Shown here: positions 39,236 through 49,190 of the stretch, piece after piece
Layout of the letters: each line of letters opens with the position of its first letter
Numbering within the stretch: position 1 is the stretch's first letter
Assembly: GCA_003563895.1 (NCBI GenBank)
Contig: PWTK01000007.1
Span: forward strand, 1-55,086
Direction: 5' to 3'
Source: Syntrophomonadaceae bacterium
Lineage (GTDB): Bacteria > Bacillota > Dethiobacteria > DTU022 > UBA8154
Length of the DNA stretch: 55,086 nucleotides
Notes under the pieces: generated by a model
Database searches by the model: none
The model's input: only the letters and a program-made list of their open reading frames with translations
What the model was told of the DNA's origin: nothing
Made by a program: the position numbers and the translations under genes

Positions 39236-40342
39236 TTAATTGAAGTAATCCCCGTATTCCTCGGAATACTTGCGGTCCAGCTCGCGCACCAGGTCCATGA
39301 TTTCTTCACCGGGCAATCCTTCCTCGTTAGCCCCCTGTATCCAGTTTTCCTGCACGGGCTCAATGGCCTGCAGCCACCTCTCCTCTTCTTCGGGATCCAG
39401 CTCGATCACTTCGTGGCCGTACTCCTGGACCGCGTATTCCTGGCCCGCTTCTGTATGCTCTGTCCGCAGCACGCCGTACTCGTAAACGAAATTCTGGCTT
39501 ACCTCGTCAATGATTTGCTGCACTTCATCGGGCAGAGCATGCCAGGTATCCCAGTTCATTATCTTCATGAACACGATGTTGTAAAGGTAAGGGGTCTTGG
39601 TGATGTAGCTGGTGACTTCGGCCAGCCGGAACCCCTTCAGGGTGTCAGTAGGGGCGAGAATGCCCCTCACGATGCCCTGCTCCAAATTAAGATACGAATC
39701 CGACATGGGCATGGTCGTGGGGGTGGCGCCCAGCTCCTCTACTACAGGCACCGAGCCGCCGGCAACCCGGATTTCCATGCCGGCGAGATCCTCCAGGGAG
39801 CGCACCGGTTCGGTGGTAATGATATCGCCAGGCCCGGTAGCCCAGAAGTGAAGCACCTTCACCTCTTCATACTCCTGCTGCAGCAGGTCGTAGGTTTCAT
39901 AAGCCTCCTGCATGACCATGGAAGAAACCAGGGCATTGTCGTTTTCCAGGCCCGGCAGCTCAAAGGCCGCCGTTACGGGAAACAGGCCCGGCGTGTAAGA
40001 GGGGCAGGTGGTGCCGATATCGGCCGCCCCATGGGCCACTCCATCGAATATCTCCGTTGCTCCCAGCAGTGCTTGACCGGGATGAAAGCTGAATTCGATT
40101 TGATGGGGCGTTTCTGCTTCCACCCGCTCCTTAATCTCATCCGCCCACGCCCAATGCCCTTCAGCCACCTGGAAATCTTCACTCGGCCAGAAGGTAGCTA
40201 AGCTGAGCTCAATCATTTCTCCTTCCACCACTTCATCATTGGGATCTTCCACCGGTTCTTCCGGTTCCTCCGGAGGCGCACAACCCGCAAACATTGCAGC
40301 CATGGCCAGTAGCAGCAGGACTGCAATCCACCTTTTTTTCAC
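39236..40342 (-). CDS. dctP: TRAP substrate-binding lipoprotein
   Basis: Lipobox FAGC, DLAGMEIR, LGATPT; likely GTG start at 40342. Confidence 0.9.
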   Translation of the reverse strand: MKKRWIAVLLLLAMAAMFAGCAPPEEPEEPVEDPNDEVVEGEMIELSLATFWPSEDFQVAEGHWAWADEIKERVEAETPHQIEFSFHPGQALLGATEIFDGVAHGAADIGTTCPSYTPGLFPVTAAFELPGLENDNALVSSMVMQEAYETYDLLQQEYEEVKVLHFWATGPGDIITTEPVRSLEDLAGMEIRVAGGSVPVVEELGATPTTMPMSDSYLNLEQGIVRGILAPTDTLKGFRLAEVTSYITKTPYLYNIVFMKIMNWDTWHALPDEVQQIIDEVSQNFVYEYGVLRTEHTEAGQEYAVQEYGHEVIELDPEEEERWLQAIEPVQENWIQGANEEGLPGEEIMDLVRELDRKYSEEYGDYFN

Positions 40343-41086
40343 GTACAATTCCCCCTCCTTTAAATTTTAAGAGAAATACAAAAACTGCACCCGCCTTTTT
40401 CGATTCCTTCTCTCTCCGCAGGGTTGTGCCTCCGCCGCGTTTCACATCGATGTGATTTGCCCGGGGCTCGGCTGCAGCCAGGGACGCTTATGTGCCCGCT
40501 GCTTGCGCTGGTGGCTTTGCACGCCAGGCCGGTGCAAAAAAGTTGTGGGGGCGGCCTTACCTCCTGCCAGGCAAAGAAACTGCTTGGCAGAGAAGCAAAT
40601 TGCGCCTCACTGCACCTCCGAATTATGCAATGTTGACAGTCCCGCGCTGCCCGACAAGCAAACACACACTGCCCCTTTGCGGCATGGCGGCACAAAACCC
40701 CTGCTGAAAAAATCCCGCCGAAAATGCAGGTCTTAAGATATAAATAATTTCACTATACTTTGCAAAAAACCTTCTTTTCCCGAAAAAAAAAGCAAAAAGT
40801 AAGAGGAGCAAAAAGGGACGGTTCCCGACTTGCCTTTGTGGAATTTTCTGTCGGGCAAATTAGGGAAGGTTTTTGGCTTACCTGTTCATAGCTTCCAAAC
40901 AAAAAAGGACAAAAAAGGTGAAAAAAGCGGATTTTCACTTCTTTTTTTCATCGGGCCGGATTTTTTGAGAAAATGCAGCCAGAATTATTGACAAGTTGGA
41001 GTATATGATATAATTGACGTAATTGGCCTATCAGCGCAGACAGTACATGCCTTTTGACAATCCAATTGTTCGGAGTGTTTATTCAT

Positions 41087-41719
41087 ATGATCCAAAAAAT
41101 CATCTTTGATTTCGATGGAACCCTTGCTGACACACGGGATCTCTTCTTGGAGACGCTTGCACAGATATCGAGAAAGTACGGGCTGCTCGAAATCTCCTCG
41201 GAAGAAGCCGAGCAAATGTCCAGGCTCCCCATCAGGGAAAGGCTCAAGCAAATGGGTGTCCCTTTGAGCAAGCTGCCGCTGATGTACCGCGAGTCCCGGC
41301 AAATATTCGAGGGCCTTGAAATCATGCCCGAACCTTATCCGGCCATCAAAGAGCTGGTTTATGCCCTGAAGCATCGGGGTTATCTGCTCTACATCGTCTC
41401 ATCCAACACGTATGACTTCATCAAGCGTTTTCTCGAGGCCAACGAGCTGGAAGTTTTTGAACAGATTTTTTCTTCCAGGGGTCTTTTCGGGAAACACCGC
41501 GACATCAAAAAGCTGCTCAGAAAAACTGGGCTTTCCAGGCAGGAAGTCCTTTACGTGGGAGATGAGCTGCGGGACATCGAAACCTGCCGCCGCATTTCGG
41601 TACCGGTCATCTGCGTAACATGGGGGTTTGATTCCCCCTCCCTGCTGGAGGAAGGCAAGCCCGATTACCTGGTAGAACACCCCCGCGATATCCTGCGCCT
41701 GGTGGAAGATCTCAACTAA
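41087..41719 (+). CDS. HAD-family hydrolase (phosphoglycolate phosphatase-like)
   Basis: IFDFDGTLAD, VSSN, YVGDELRD. Confidence 0.9.
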   Translation: MIQKIIFDFDGTLADTRDLFLETLAQISRKYGLLEISSEEAEQMSRLPIRERLKQMGVPLSKLPLMYRESRQIFEGLEIMPEPYPAIKELVYALKHRGYLLYIVSSNTYDFIKRFLEANELEVFEQIFSSRGLFGKHRDIKKLLRKTGLSRQEVLYVGDELRDIETCRRISVPVICVTWGFDSPSLLEEGKPDYLVEHPRDILRLVEDLN

Positions 41720-42122
41720 CCCCCCCTGAAAAATAACAGCAAGGCAAGAATTGAGGATGCCTTCCCGAAAACAGGGAACTCCCAACCTGGGCATAGCCAG
41801 TCCCAAAATAGTTGAATTTCAAAAAGACCCCTTCTAAACGCAGAAAAAATGAGCCCCCACGAGATCGCTTGAAAATGTTTTGCCATATCAACAGGGGAAT
41901 AAAGAGCTAAGGGCCTGATCTGCACCGGAGCATTGCAAGCCTCCTGAGGTGAGGCACATCTTCCTGGCGCCCTCTTCAGACAAAAACTCCCCGCCATACA
42001 ACTATTGAAGGAAATAAGCGATAAAAAACGAAGTATACATGGGGAAACAATCTTAACCCCCCAAAAGGCGGCCGCATGTTTTCGGTCGGTTTTAAAGCAA
42101 ATATTGTTACGGCAGGGATGAT

Positions 42123-43121
42123 ATGCATAAAAGAGATGTAATGCCGCTTATCAAAGAGACCTGGGAGCTCAGAAAGAAAAAAAACTTCCGCGAAGCGGAG
42201 CTGAAATTGCTGGAGGCGCTGGAGCTTTCCCCCGGGAACCCGCTGGTAGAAGCCAACCTGGCAGAGGTCTACCTGATGCAGGGCAACCTTGACGAAGCGA
42301 GGAAAGCGGCGCTGAAAGCGCTGGAAAAAAATCCTGTCCAGGTTCACGCCCTCACGGCCCTGGGGGTGACCGCCCTTGAGGAAGGGGCGTTGGCCGAGGC
42401 GATCGAAAACCTGCAGCAGGCCCTGGAACGCGCCCCCAACGCTTACCGCGCGGGGCGTCTGGCCAGGGCGTACGAGCTGAACGGCGAAGGGGAAAAGGCG
42501 CTGCAAATCCTGCAGCAGGCCCTGGAAGATCATCCGGGCGACAGATACCTGCTCAAACAGTACAGCGGCCTGAAGAAAAAGGTGCAGGCAAGCGCACCCC
42601 CTGCCGGCGAAACTCTCCCCGGATTTTCGCCCGAGGATGAGACATCCCTGCCGTACGCGGAGCAGATGCGGGAAAAGCTGCGCCGCCTTCCGCCCGAAAA
42701 GGCAGCCGCCCAGCTTCAAAAGACGGTCCGGGTGGGAAAGAGAAGCCAAAACCCCCACCTTCACAGCCTCCTGGGCGACCTCTGGCGCCAAGCGGAAAGG
42801 GACGGGGAAGCCGCCGCCGCCTACCGCAGCGCCCGGGAGCTGGACCCCGAAGACCGCTACTCCCTGGCCCACGAAGCCTTCTGTTACCGTCGACTGGGCA
42901 GGAAAATGGATGCATGGCCCCTGCTGAAACAGCTGCTGCGCCAAAATCCGCGGGACAATGCGGTGAAATCCGCTTTCCTTAAGGACGCGTCAGAGCTGCA
43001 GCGGCAGGCCGAAGCCATCGAATTGTTGGAAGATATTCTGGAAAGCCGCCCCCACTTCCGGGAGCTTTACGGTGCCGTCAAAAAACTGGGCAAGCAAATA
43101 GAGGGGGAAGAGCGTTATTAA
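42123..43121 (+). CDS. Tetratricopeptide-repeat protein
   Basis: Repeated helical TPR patterns (ALELSPGN, ALEKNP, ALEDHPGD, ARELDPED); stop overlaps the next ORF's probable start. Confidence 0.88.
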   Translation: MHKRDVMPLIKETWELRKKKNFREAELKLLEALELSPGNPLVEANLAEVYLMQGNLDEARKAALKALEKNPVQVHALTALGVTALEEGALAEAIENLQQALERAPNAYRAGRLARAYELNGEGEKALQILQQALEDHPGDRYLLKQYSGLKKKVQASAPPAGETLPGFSPEDETSLPYAEQMREKLRRLPPEKAAAQLQKTVRVGKRSQNPHLHSLLGDLWRQAERDGEAAAAYRSARELDPEDRYSLAHEAFCYRRLGRKMDAWPLLKQLLRQNPRDNAVKSAFLKDASELQRQAEAIELLEDILESRPHFRELYGAVKKLGKQIEGEERY

Positions 43122-46100
43122 AAAGATTAAAGACCTCATCGAGGTGCCGCCGGTCCGAACCGTGGTGCGGCTGGCGGACCTTTCCGAGCAGTCTCTGCGC
43201 CGCAGCATGGTCGAAAATTTCATCCTGACGGGAGAAACCTCCTTTGCCCTGGAAAACATCCTGGAAAAGGTGGCCCGCCTGGAAGGACAGGGCTTTTTTG
43301 TGCTGGGCAACTACGGCTCCGGAAAATCCCACCTTCTCAACGTGCTCAGCCTCGTCCTCAGCGAAAAAGAGGCAGGTGACGCCCTCCTTGCATCCGGCAG
43401 CGCCGGGGAGGGCGGAAGCGGAAGTGGGGTCGGAAAAAGTTTTCCACCGCTGCTACGCAGCGCGCAGGGCGTCAAGCCTTTGGTGGTGGAAATCTCGCTG
43501 GTGGAGCACAGCAACCGGGAATACCTGGAACAGATCGTCTTCTCCTCCCTGCGGGCAAAGCTCAAGGAAGAAGTTCCTCCCTCCGGGAGCCGGCCCGAAC
43601 CGCCTCCGCACTGGGGGGAGAGCATGCCCCGCAAGGAATCCTTCCAAGCGCTGCGGGATCTCCTGCGGGAAGGAAAATGGGGAGGGCTGGTGCTCTTGAT
43701 GGACGAGCTCTCCGAGTTTTTGCGCTCCAAGGAAGACTCCCGCAGCTACAACGAAGACGTGCGCTTCCTGCAGTACCTGGGAGAATTTTCCGAAGCCATC
43801 CCCTGCTGGGTGGTGGCGGCCCTCCAGGAAAACATTGAAAACACGGGCAGCCTTTCCGGGGAGCTCCTGCACAAGATCAAGGACCGCTATCCTGCGCGCT
43901 TCAAACTGACGGGAGAGCACGTCAAAGAGATCGTCTCCCGCCGCCTGATCCGCAAAACGGAAAAGGCCCGGGAAACGCTCCCGCAAATATACGAGGAGCT
44001 TCTCCAGGCTTTTGGCGAGCTTCCCTTTTCCGCGCAAGCCTTTTACGATCTTTACCCGGTCCATCCCCAGACGGTGGAGCTGCTGGACGAACTGCGGCCC
44101 TTTTTTTCCCAGCACCGCGGGATCGTGGACTTCATCCACTACCGCTTGGCCGGCGACAGGAGCCGAGGCATCCCGCCTTTCCTGGAAAACCCGCCCGACC
44201 GCTTGCTCACCCCCGATCTCATCTTCGACCACTTCCGCGACCGCATCCGGGAAACGGTGGAAACGAACCCTTACAGCGACCGCGTTTACCGTTACTACGA
44301 GCGCGAAATCGGCCAGATTTTCCCGGATGAAGAAGACGCCGCCGCGGCGCTGCGCATTGTCAAGCTGCTCATCATCGGCACCCTGCCCCCGGCACCCAAG
44401 CACTTCACCGCCGGGGAAGTCACCCGGCTGCTCCTCTACCGCTATACCGACCTGGAAAGCAAGGTCAACTACGACTACGCAGCGGAAATCCTGGAAAAAT
44501 TGCTCTCGCAGGGCGCCTTCGTGGAGGCTGAAAGGGATGAAGACGGCGGCCCCAAGCGCTACCGCATCAACCCCCGGGCCGATACCGGCCCGCTGATCAA
44601 AAAAAAGCTGGAGCAGATCACCGGGGACCTCACCCCCGGCGACTACCGGCCCATCCACCGCCTGCTGCCCTGGCTCGATGAAAACTATCTCCCCCTGCAC
44701 CGGCTGCAGAAAGAGCCCTTCCAGGAAATCGAAATTACCTGGCAGAACACGAAGCGCTGGGGGAAGCTGCTTTTCTGCTCTCCGGCGGAGCTCTCGGCAG
44801 AACGCCTGGAAGCGTACAAGCAGGAGCTGGCGGAAGAAGAAACCGATTTCGTGTTCCTTACGGCGCCCCCTGCCTTTGCCGGCAGCGAAACGGAGGCCGA
44901 AGAAAAACAATTTTTCCAGCTTCTGAAGGGGGAAAAAGACGAGGGCTTCCTCTCCTCCCTGATCCTCTGGCTGCCCCGCAAAATATCCGCCGACGAAGAA
45001 AAAAAGCTGCAGCAGGCCTACGCATACCAGGTACTCTTCCAGGAGTATACCTCCGACAGTAGTCCCTCCGGCCAGCAGGTGAGAGACCAGCTGCAGGGCG
45101 TTTTGGAAGACGAAAGGCGAAAGGTCCGCGAAATCTTTCGCAATCTGTATTTCCAGGGACAGCTGGAAGCGGGAGAAAAAAGCATTACCCCGGAAGCCTT
45201 GGGTTACCTCCACTTTGATGAACTGCTTGCCCGGTGTGCGGCCGAGGCCCTGAAGGTGCGCTTTCCGCGCCACTATGAGATCAGGCCCCAGGGCGAACAG
45301 GTTACCAGCAGCCTCATGCAGCGCACCCTGGATATGCTCTCCTCGCCGCACATCGCCGAGGAGTCCCTGGAAAGGGGGCCCAGGTTCACCATCGAAAACT
45401 ATCTCAAGCCGCTGGGACTGGTCAAAAAAAGGGGGCAGAGCTACGTGCTGGAGATCAACCCCAGGAACTCTCCCCTGGCAGCGGAGTTTTTCGCGCTGGT
45501 GGGCCAGGAGCGGGTGCCCCTGCAGACGGTCTACCGGAAGCTCCGCAAGGGCCCCTTCGGCCTGAGCCAGGAAGGATTCCGGGCCCTGGGCCTGGCTGCC
45601 GTTCTCAGCGGTGCCGCCTCCGCCTACCAGGGCGGAAAGCGACTCCCCCTCTCCAAGATCAACTACTACCGCTTCTGGAATATCGAAGAGGTGGGGCCCG
45701 GTACCCTCATCCGCCCGGAGCTGCAGGGAGTCCTGGCCGATGTACCTTTCCTGCCTCCGAAACTGAAAGCCGCCCCTCTCACCTTTTCCGCCCAGCAGGC
45801 CGCATGGGAGCACGTCATCTCTTTCAAGGAAGAGTGGGAAGAAAAAATCAGGGAGATCACACAGCAACTGAGGCGCCTGGAAGGCTACCGCCTCTTTTCC
45901 CGGATGAACTGGGAAAAGGCCGAAAAGATCCTGGAGCGCTTCGGGGAGTTTCTGGGGGAAATCAAGGTCTCCTATTCCTCCCAGGAAGGCCTGGAGCGCT
46001 TCCTGGCCGCCTTCCAGTCCCGCCCCTTCCTGGCGGAAGACTTTGCAAGGCTGGAAGCGCTGCACGCCTTTTTCAGCGAAGACCTGGGCGAAATCCTGCG

Positions 46101-48504
46101 CCTGGGGCACTATCTGAAGGACCCGCAGCTGCACATCCCCACGGAAGAAGAGCAGTATGGTTCGCTGCTGCAGCACTACCGCCTGCTGCAGGAATTCCTG
46201 GAAGACGAAGCCCTGTTTTTCAACGCGGAATACCGCCAAAAGCTGAAAAAAGAGTTCAAACATTTCCAGGATGAATACATCTCCCGCTACCTCCGGGAAC
46301 ATGCTGCAGCCGTCGGACCGGAGAGCCTGAAGCCATACAGGGATCTCATGGAATCCACCGCCTACCGCCTGCTGGAAGTGCTTGGCGGCATCAATACCCT
46401 GGTGGTGGAAGACGATATCTTCAAGCTCAACCGGCACCTCCAGCCCCTTCTGGCAAGGGAATGCCGGGCCGTCGAAGAGCCCCTGCTGCAGGAACGCCCC
46501 CTCTGTGCCTGCGGCTTCAAGCTGGGCGGCAAGCCCCCCGCGCCGCTGGTTGCCCAGTTGGAGGCCCGCATCTGGTCGGGCATTCGCTCCTACCTGCAGC
46601 TGCTCCAGCAGGAAGAAAACAGGACCAAAATCGAGAGCTACGCCGAACATTTGGAAATGGTGGGCAAGAGGCGGGAAGCGGCTCCCCTTCGCGAGATTTT
46701 GAAAATCTTGCCCGCCGACCCCGATCCCGCGGCCGCACTTTCTCCGCACCTCAGCCAGAAAACCGTCGGACACATCAACCGGGCGCTCACCGGCGATGCC
46801 GTCATCGCCGAGCGATCCCTGGAAACCCTCAGTGAAAAGCTCTCCGGCAGGGTCTTGACACCCGGGCAGTTGAAAGAAATCATCAGCAACTGGCTCACCG
46901 GCAGCGAGGAAAAAGAGCCGGACTACATCCGCATTAAAGAATACCGGGGAGAAAAACAAGCGAGTCCCGAAGCGGCAGATCCCCTGGAACGACCGGGGGA
47001 CCCGCCGCCCGCCGCCGACTACCCAACGCAGGAAACCAGGGCCTTTCTGGAAGGATTCGCCCCCGACCTGCTCCCCCTCTACCGCCAAGCCGGCGAAGAG
47101 CTGCTGCAGGCTGCCCTTTTCCTGGGCTGGCTGCGCTGCCATGAAATCCCCCTCACCCGGGGGTGGGAAGCCCTGCGCACCCTGGCCCAAAACCACCACC
47201 TCTACGAGGACGAACCCTCGGCCGCCGAAAAACTGGCCGCCTTGGGCGAAGCGATGCTGAAAAACGAAACGGAGCTGCCCTCCGAGCGGGTGGAAAAAAT
47301 CGGCGCAAGAATCGAAAAAGTGTTCTCGGGAGCGCAGCTGTTGGAGCTGCAAACTTCCGACCGGCCCGAAAGGGATTACAACTTCGACCGCTTGCTGGAG
47401 AAGCTGCACGAGGAACCTCTTTTCTTCTCCGCTGTCCTGGAGCTGTGCCGCAAACTGGCAGCCCATATCACGGCGGAAGAGATTGAAATCAACGTCAAAG
47501 TCATGAAGGGCGCCCTGGAAGAGGTCAAGAAATCCCTGCTCAGCCACCGTGCCAATGCGGCAGGCGGGGAAGCCCTCCGTGAGAGAAAAAGGCGCTGCCT
47601 GGAGCGCCTGGTTGCCCTCTGCCGCTGCGGCCTTTCACTGCGGGCTTTGGAAAAGGCCCTGCACAACCCCCCGGAAAACGACAAACACTGGGAAGAGCTC
47701 TACCGCCAGATCGCCTGCTTTGAAAAAGAACTTTCCTGCCTGGAAGAGGCCTCCGAAAGGGAGATCTTCCCCGATTACTCCCTCCAGAGGTGGAAGCATT
47801 ACTTCTTCTCCTCCCTTGAACCCCTGCAAGATCAATTCGGCGCCTACTGCCAGAATTCCGGCAGGAAAAACACCCTTTCCAGGCTGCTCCGCGAATACCA
47901 TTCGTGGGTAAGGAAAAGAAAAGACGTTGCGGGCGCCTACCTGATCATACTGGACGGTGCCAGGCTGGATGTTTGGGAGGAACTCCTTTCAAAAATGCAG
48001 GAGGAACTCGACCTGAGGGTGCAAAAAGAGGGGATCAGCTGGGCCCATCAGCCTTCCGTTACAGAAGCGCAGCTGGATCCGCTCCGGGAGGAAGGGCTGC
48101 TGGGCGGCGTGATCAACGCAGAAGAATGGAGCGCACCAGGCCCCTTCTTCGACTCCTCCTCCTTGGAAAACCTTGATAACCGCCGGAACATCCTGAACGC
48201 CTCCGAGAGGAGGCAGGCAGCTCTGCAGGCCGTGAAGTTCAACTTCATCGACGACAAGTTTCACACTTCACGGGACAGCCTGCCCACCCTGGTGGAGGAA
48301 GTTCTGCTGGCCAGCCGGAAAAAACTCTGGCCGCTGCTGGAAGCAATCCCCTCCCAGGCGCTTTTGTTGGTCCTCTCCGACCACGGGTTCAAAAGCAACC
48401 CCCACCATGAAAGCTTCCAGAAAACAGAAAATCCCCGCTACCTGCACGGGGAATGCTCCCTCTTCGAAACCCTGGCGCCCTGGGCGCTGCTGGAAAAACG
48501 ATGA
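43117..48504 (+). CDS. DUF6079/BrxC-like P-loop ATPase fused to a C-terminal PglZ-like (alkaline phosphatase superfamily) domain
   Basis: Walker A GNYGSGKS (43306), Walker B LLMDE (43702), YPVHP, C..CxC Zn-like motif; C-terminal LIILDG, PSVT, NFIDDKFH, SDHG, YLHG..S..E..P. ORF-track start is GTG 43144; the in-frame extension IKKIKDLIEV suggests an ATT start at 43117. Confidence 0.8.
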   Translation: MKKIKDLIEVPPVRTVVRLADLSEQSLRRSMVENFILTGETSFALENILEKVARLEGQGFFVLGNYGSGKSHLLNVLSLVLSEKEAGDALLASGSAGEGGSGSGVGKSFPPLLRSAQGVKPLVVEISLVEHSNREYLEQIVFSSLRAKLKEEVPPSGSRPEPPPHWGESMPRKESFQALRDLLREGKWGGLVLLMDELSEFLRSKEDSRSYNEDVRFLQYLGEFSEAIPCWVVAALQENIENTGSLSGELLHKIKDRYPARFKLTGEHVKEIVSRRLIRKTEKARETLPQIYEELLQAFGELPFSAQAFYDLYPVHPQTVELLDELRPFFSQHRGIVDFIHYRLAGDRSRGIPPFLENPPDRLLTPDLIFDHFRDRIRETVETNPYSDRVYRYYEREIGQIFPDEEDAAAALRIVKLLIIGTLPPAPKHFTAGEVTRLLLYRYTDLESKVNYDYAAEILEKLLSQGAFVEAERDEDGGPKRYRINPRADTGPLIKKKLEQITGDLTPGDYRPIHRLLPWLDENYLPLHRLQKEPFQEIEITWQNTKRWGKLLFCSPAELSAERLEAYKQELAEEETDFVFLTAPPAFAGSETEAEEKQFFQLLKGEKDEGFLSSLILWLPRKISADEEKKLQQAYAYQVLFQEYTSDSSPSGQQVRDQLQGVLEDERRKVREIFRNLYFQGQLEAGEKSITPEALGYLHFDELLARCAAEALKVRFPRHYEIRPQGEQVTSSLMQRTLDMLSSPHIAEESLERGPRFTIENYLKPLGLVKKRGQSYVLEINPRNSPLAAEFFALVGQERVPLQTVYRKLRKGPFGLSQEGFRALGLAAVLSGAASAYQGGKRLPLSKINYYRFWNIEEVGPGTLIRPELQGVLADVPFLPPKLKAAPLTFSAQQAAWEHVISFKEEWEEKIREITQQLRRLEGYRLFSRMNWEKAEKILERFGEFLGEIKVSYSSQEGLERFLAAFQSRPFLAEDFARLEALHAFFSEDLGEILRLGHYLKDPQLHIPTEEEQYGSLLQHYRLLQEFLEDEALFFNAEYRQKLKKEFKHFQDEYISRYLREHAAAVGPESLKPYRDLMESTAYRLLEVLGGINTLVVEDDIFKLNRHLQPLLARECRAVEEPLLQERPLCACGFKLGGKPPAPLVAQLEARIWSGIRSYLQLLQQEENRTKIESYAEHLEMVGKRREAAPLREILKILPADPDPAAALSPHLSQKTVGHINRALTGDAVIAERSLETLSEKLSGRVLTPGQLKEIISNWLTGSEEKEPDYIRIKEYRGEKQASPEAADPLERPGDPPPAADYPTQETRAFLEGFAPDLLPLYRQAGEELLQAALFLGWLRCHEIPLTRGWEALRTLAQNHHLYEDEPSAAEKLAALGEAMLKNETELPSERVEKIGARIEKVFSGAQLLELQTSDRPERDYNFDRLLEKLHEEPLFFSAVLELCRKLAAHITAEEIEINVKVMKGALEEVKKSLLSHRANAAGGEALRERKRRCLERLVALCRCGLSLRALEKALHNPPENDKHWEELYRQIACFEKELSCLEEASEREIFPDYSLQRWKHYFFSSLEPLQDQFGAYCQNSGRKNTLSRLLREYHSWVRKRKDVAGAYLIILDGARLDVWEELLSKMQEELDLRVQKEGISWAHQPSVTEAQLDPLREEGLLGGVINAEEWSAPGPFFDSSSLENLDNRRNILNASERRQAALQAVKFNFIDDKFHTSRDSLPTLVEEVLLASRKKLWPLLEAIPSQALLLVLSDHGFKSNPHHESFQKTENPRYLHGECSLFETLAPWALLEKR

Positions 48505-48529
48505 GGTCTGCGGGCCGGCCTGCGGCAAA

Positions 48530-48916
48530 CTACCAGATCACTTCAATCCGGTATTTGCCCATCTGAGAATCAGCCGATAAAAGCGGCAGGCCTTCTAACT
48601 GAGCCTGGGCAATAATGATCCGATCAAATGGATCCCGGTGAAAATTTGGAAGGGTATGTACATGCAAAGCATGGTTCATCTGGACGGGCAGCAGGGATAT
48701 GGCATTTTTAAACATTTGTTCCAACACAAAAGCTTCCAGATCATCAGGAACCTTCAGCTTGCCGAGCTTCGCTTTAACAGCCATTTCCCACCCGCTGGCC
48801 GCACTTAAATAAAGCGTGTGTTCCCCCTCCTCGATTATTTCGCGAGCCTCAGCAGAGATGAGAGGATCATCGTTTATCCACCACAAAAAAACATGCGTAT
48901 CCAACAAGTATTTCAA
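48530..48916 (-). CDS. vapC: PIN-domain toxin, VapC family
   Basis: YLLDTHVFLW, SGWE, HRDPFDR, LSAD. Confidence 0.92.
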   Translation of the reverse strand: MKYLLDTHVFLWWINDDPLISAEAREIIEEGEHTLYLSAASGWEMAVKAKLGKLKVPDDLEAFVLEQMFKNAISLLPVQMNHALHVHTLPNFHRDPFDRIIIAQAQLEGLPLLSADSQMGKYRIEVIW

Positions 48917-49143
48917 TTTTCAAACTCCCTTAACATTTCCTCCGTCAGGGGATCGTTGAAATCAGGAGAAACAAATATTTTGTTTTTCGCACTGCCCGGG
49001 GCACGCCTGGACGGCACAGCATTATAAGGTACCAGCTTGGCCACGGGCACCCCCGCTTTGGCAATCACCACCTCTTCGCCCGCTTTGACTTTCTTTAAAA
49101 GCTTGGAAAGGTTCGTTTTGGCTTCATGGATATTTACATACAT
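48913..49143 (-). CDS. Phd/YefM-family antitoxin
   Basis: VNIHEAKTNLSKLL...GEEVVIAKAGVPVAKLVP; 4-nt overlap with vapC. Confidence 0.92.
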   Translation of the reverse strand: MYVNIHEAKTNLSKLLKKVKAGEEVVIAKAGVPVAKLVPYNAVPSRRAPGSAKNKIFVSPDFNDPLTEEMLREFEN

Positions 49144-49161
49144 TTAAAACACCTCTATACT

Positions 49162-49190
49162 ATAATAAACTAAGTTCTGAGCTAAGTCAA
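49162..49190 (-). promoter_or_regulatory. TA operon promoter with tandem ACTTAG repeats (putative autorepression site)
   Basis: TTGACT -17- TATTAT on the minus strand; CTAAGT at 49170 and 49182. Confidence 0.5.

Noticed and set aside
40442-40455. Perfect palindrome TCACATCGATGTGA upstream of dctP
   Set aside because: Could be an operator, but it occurs once and no cognate regulator is evident; insufficient support.
43453-47547. 1,364-aa minus-strand ORF and many other long antisense ORFs (e.g. 4839-6494, 8903-10201, 34074-35408)
   Set aside because: Shadow frames of GC-rich real genes; no recognisable motifs or SD sites.
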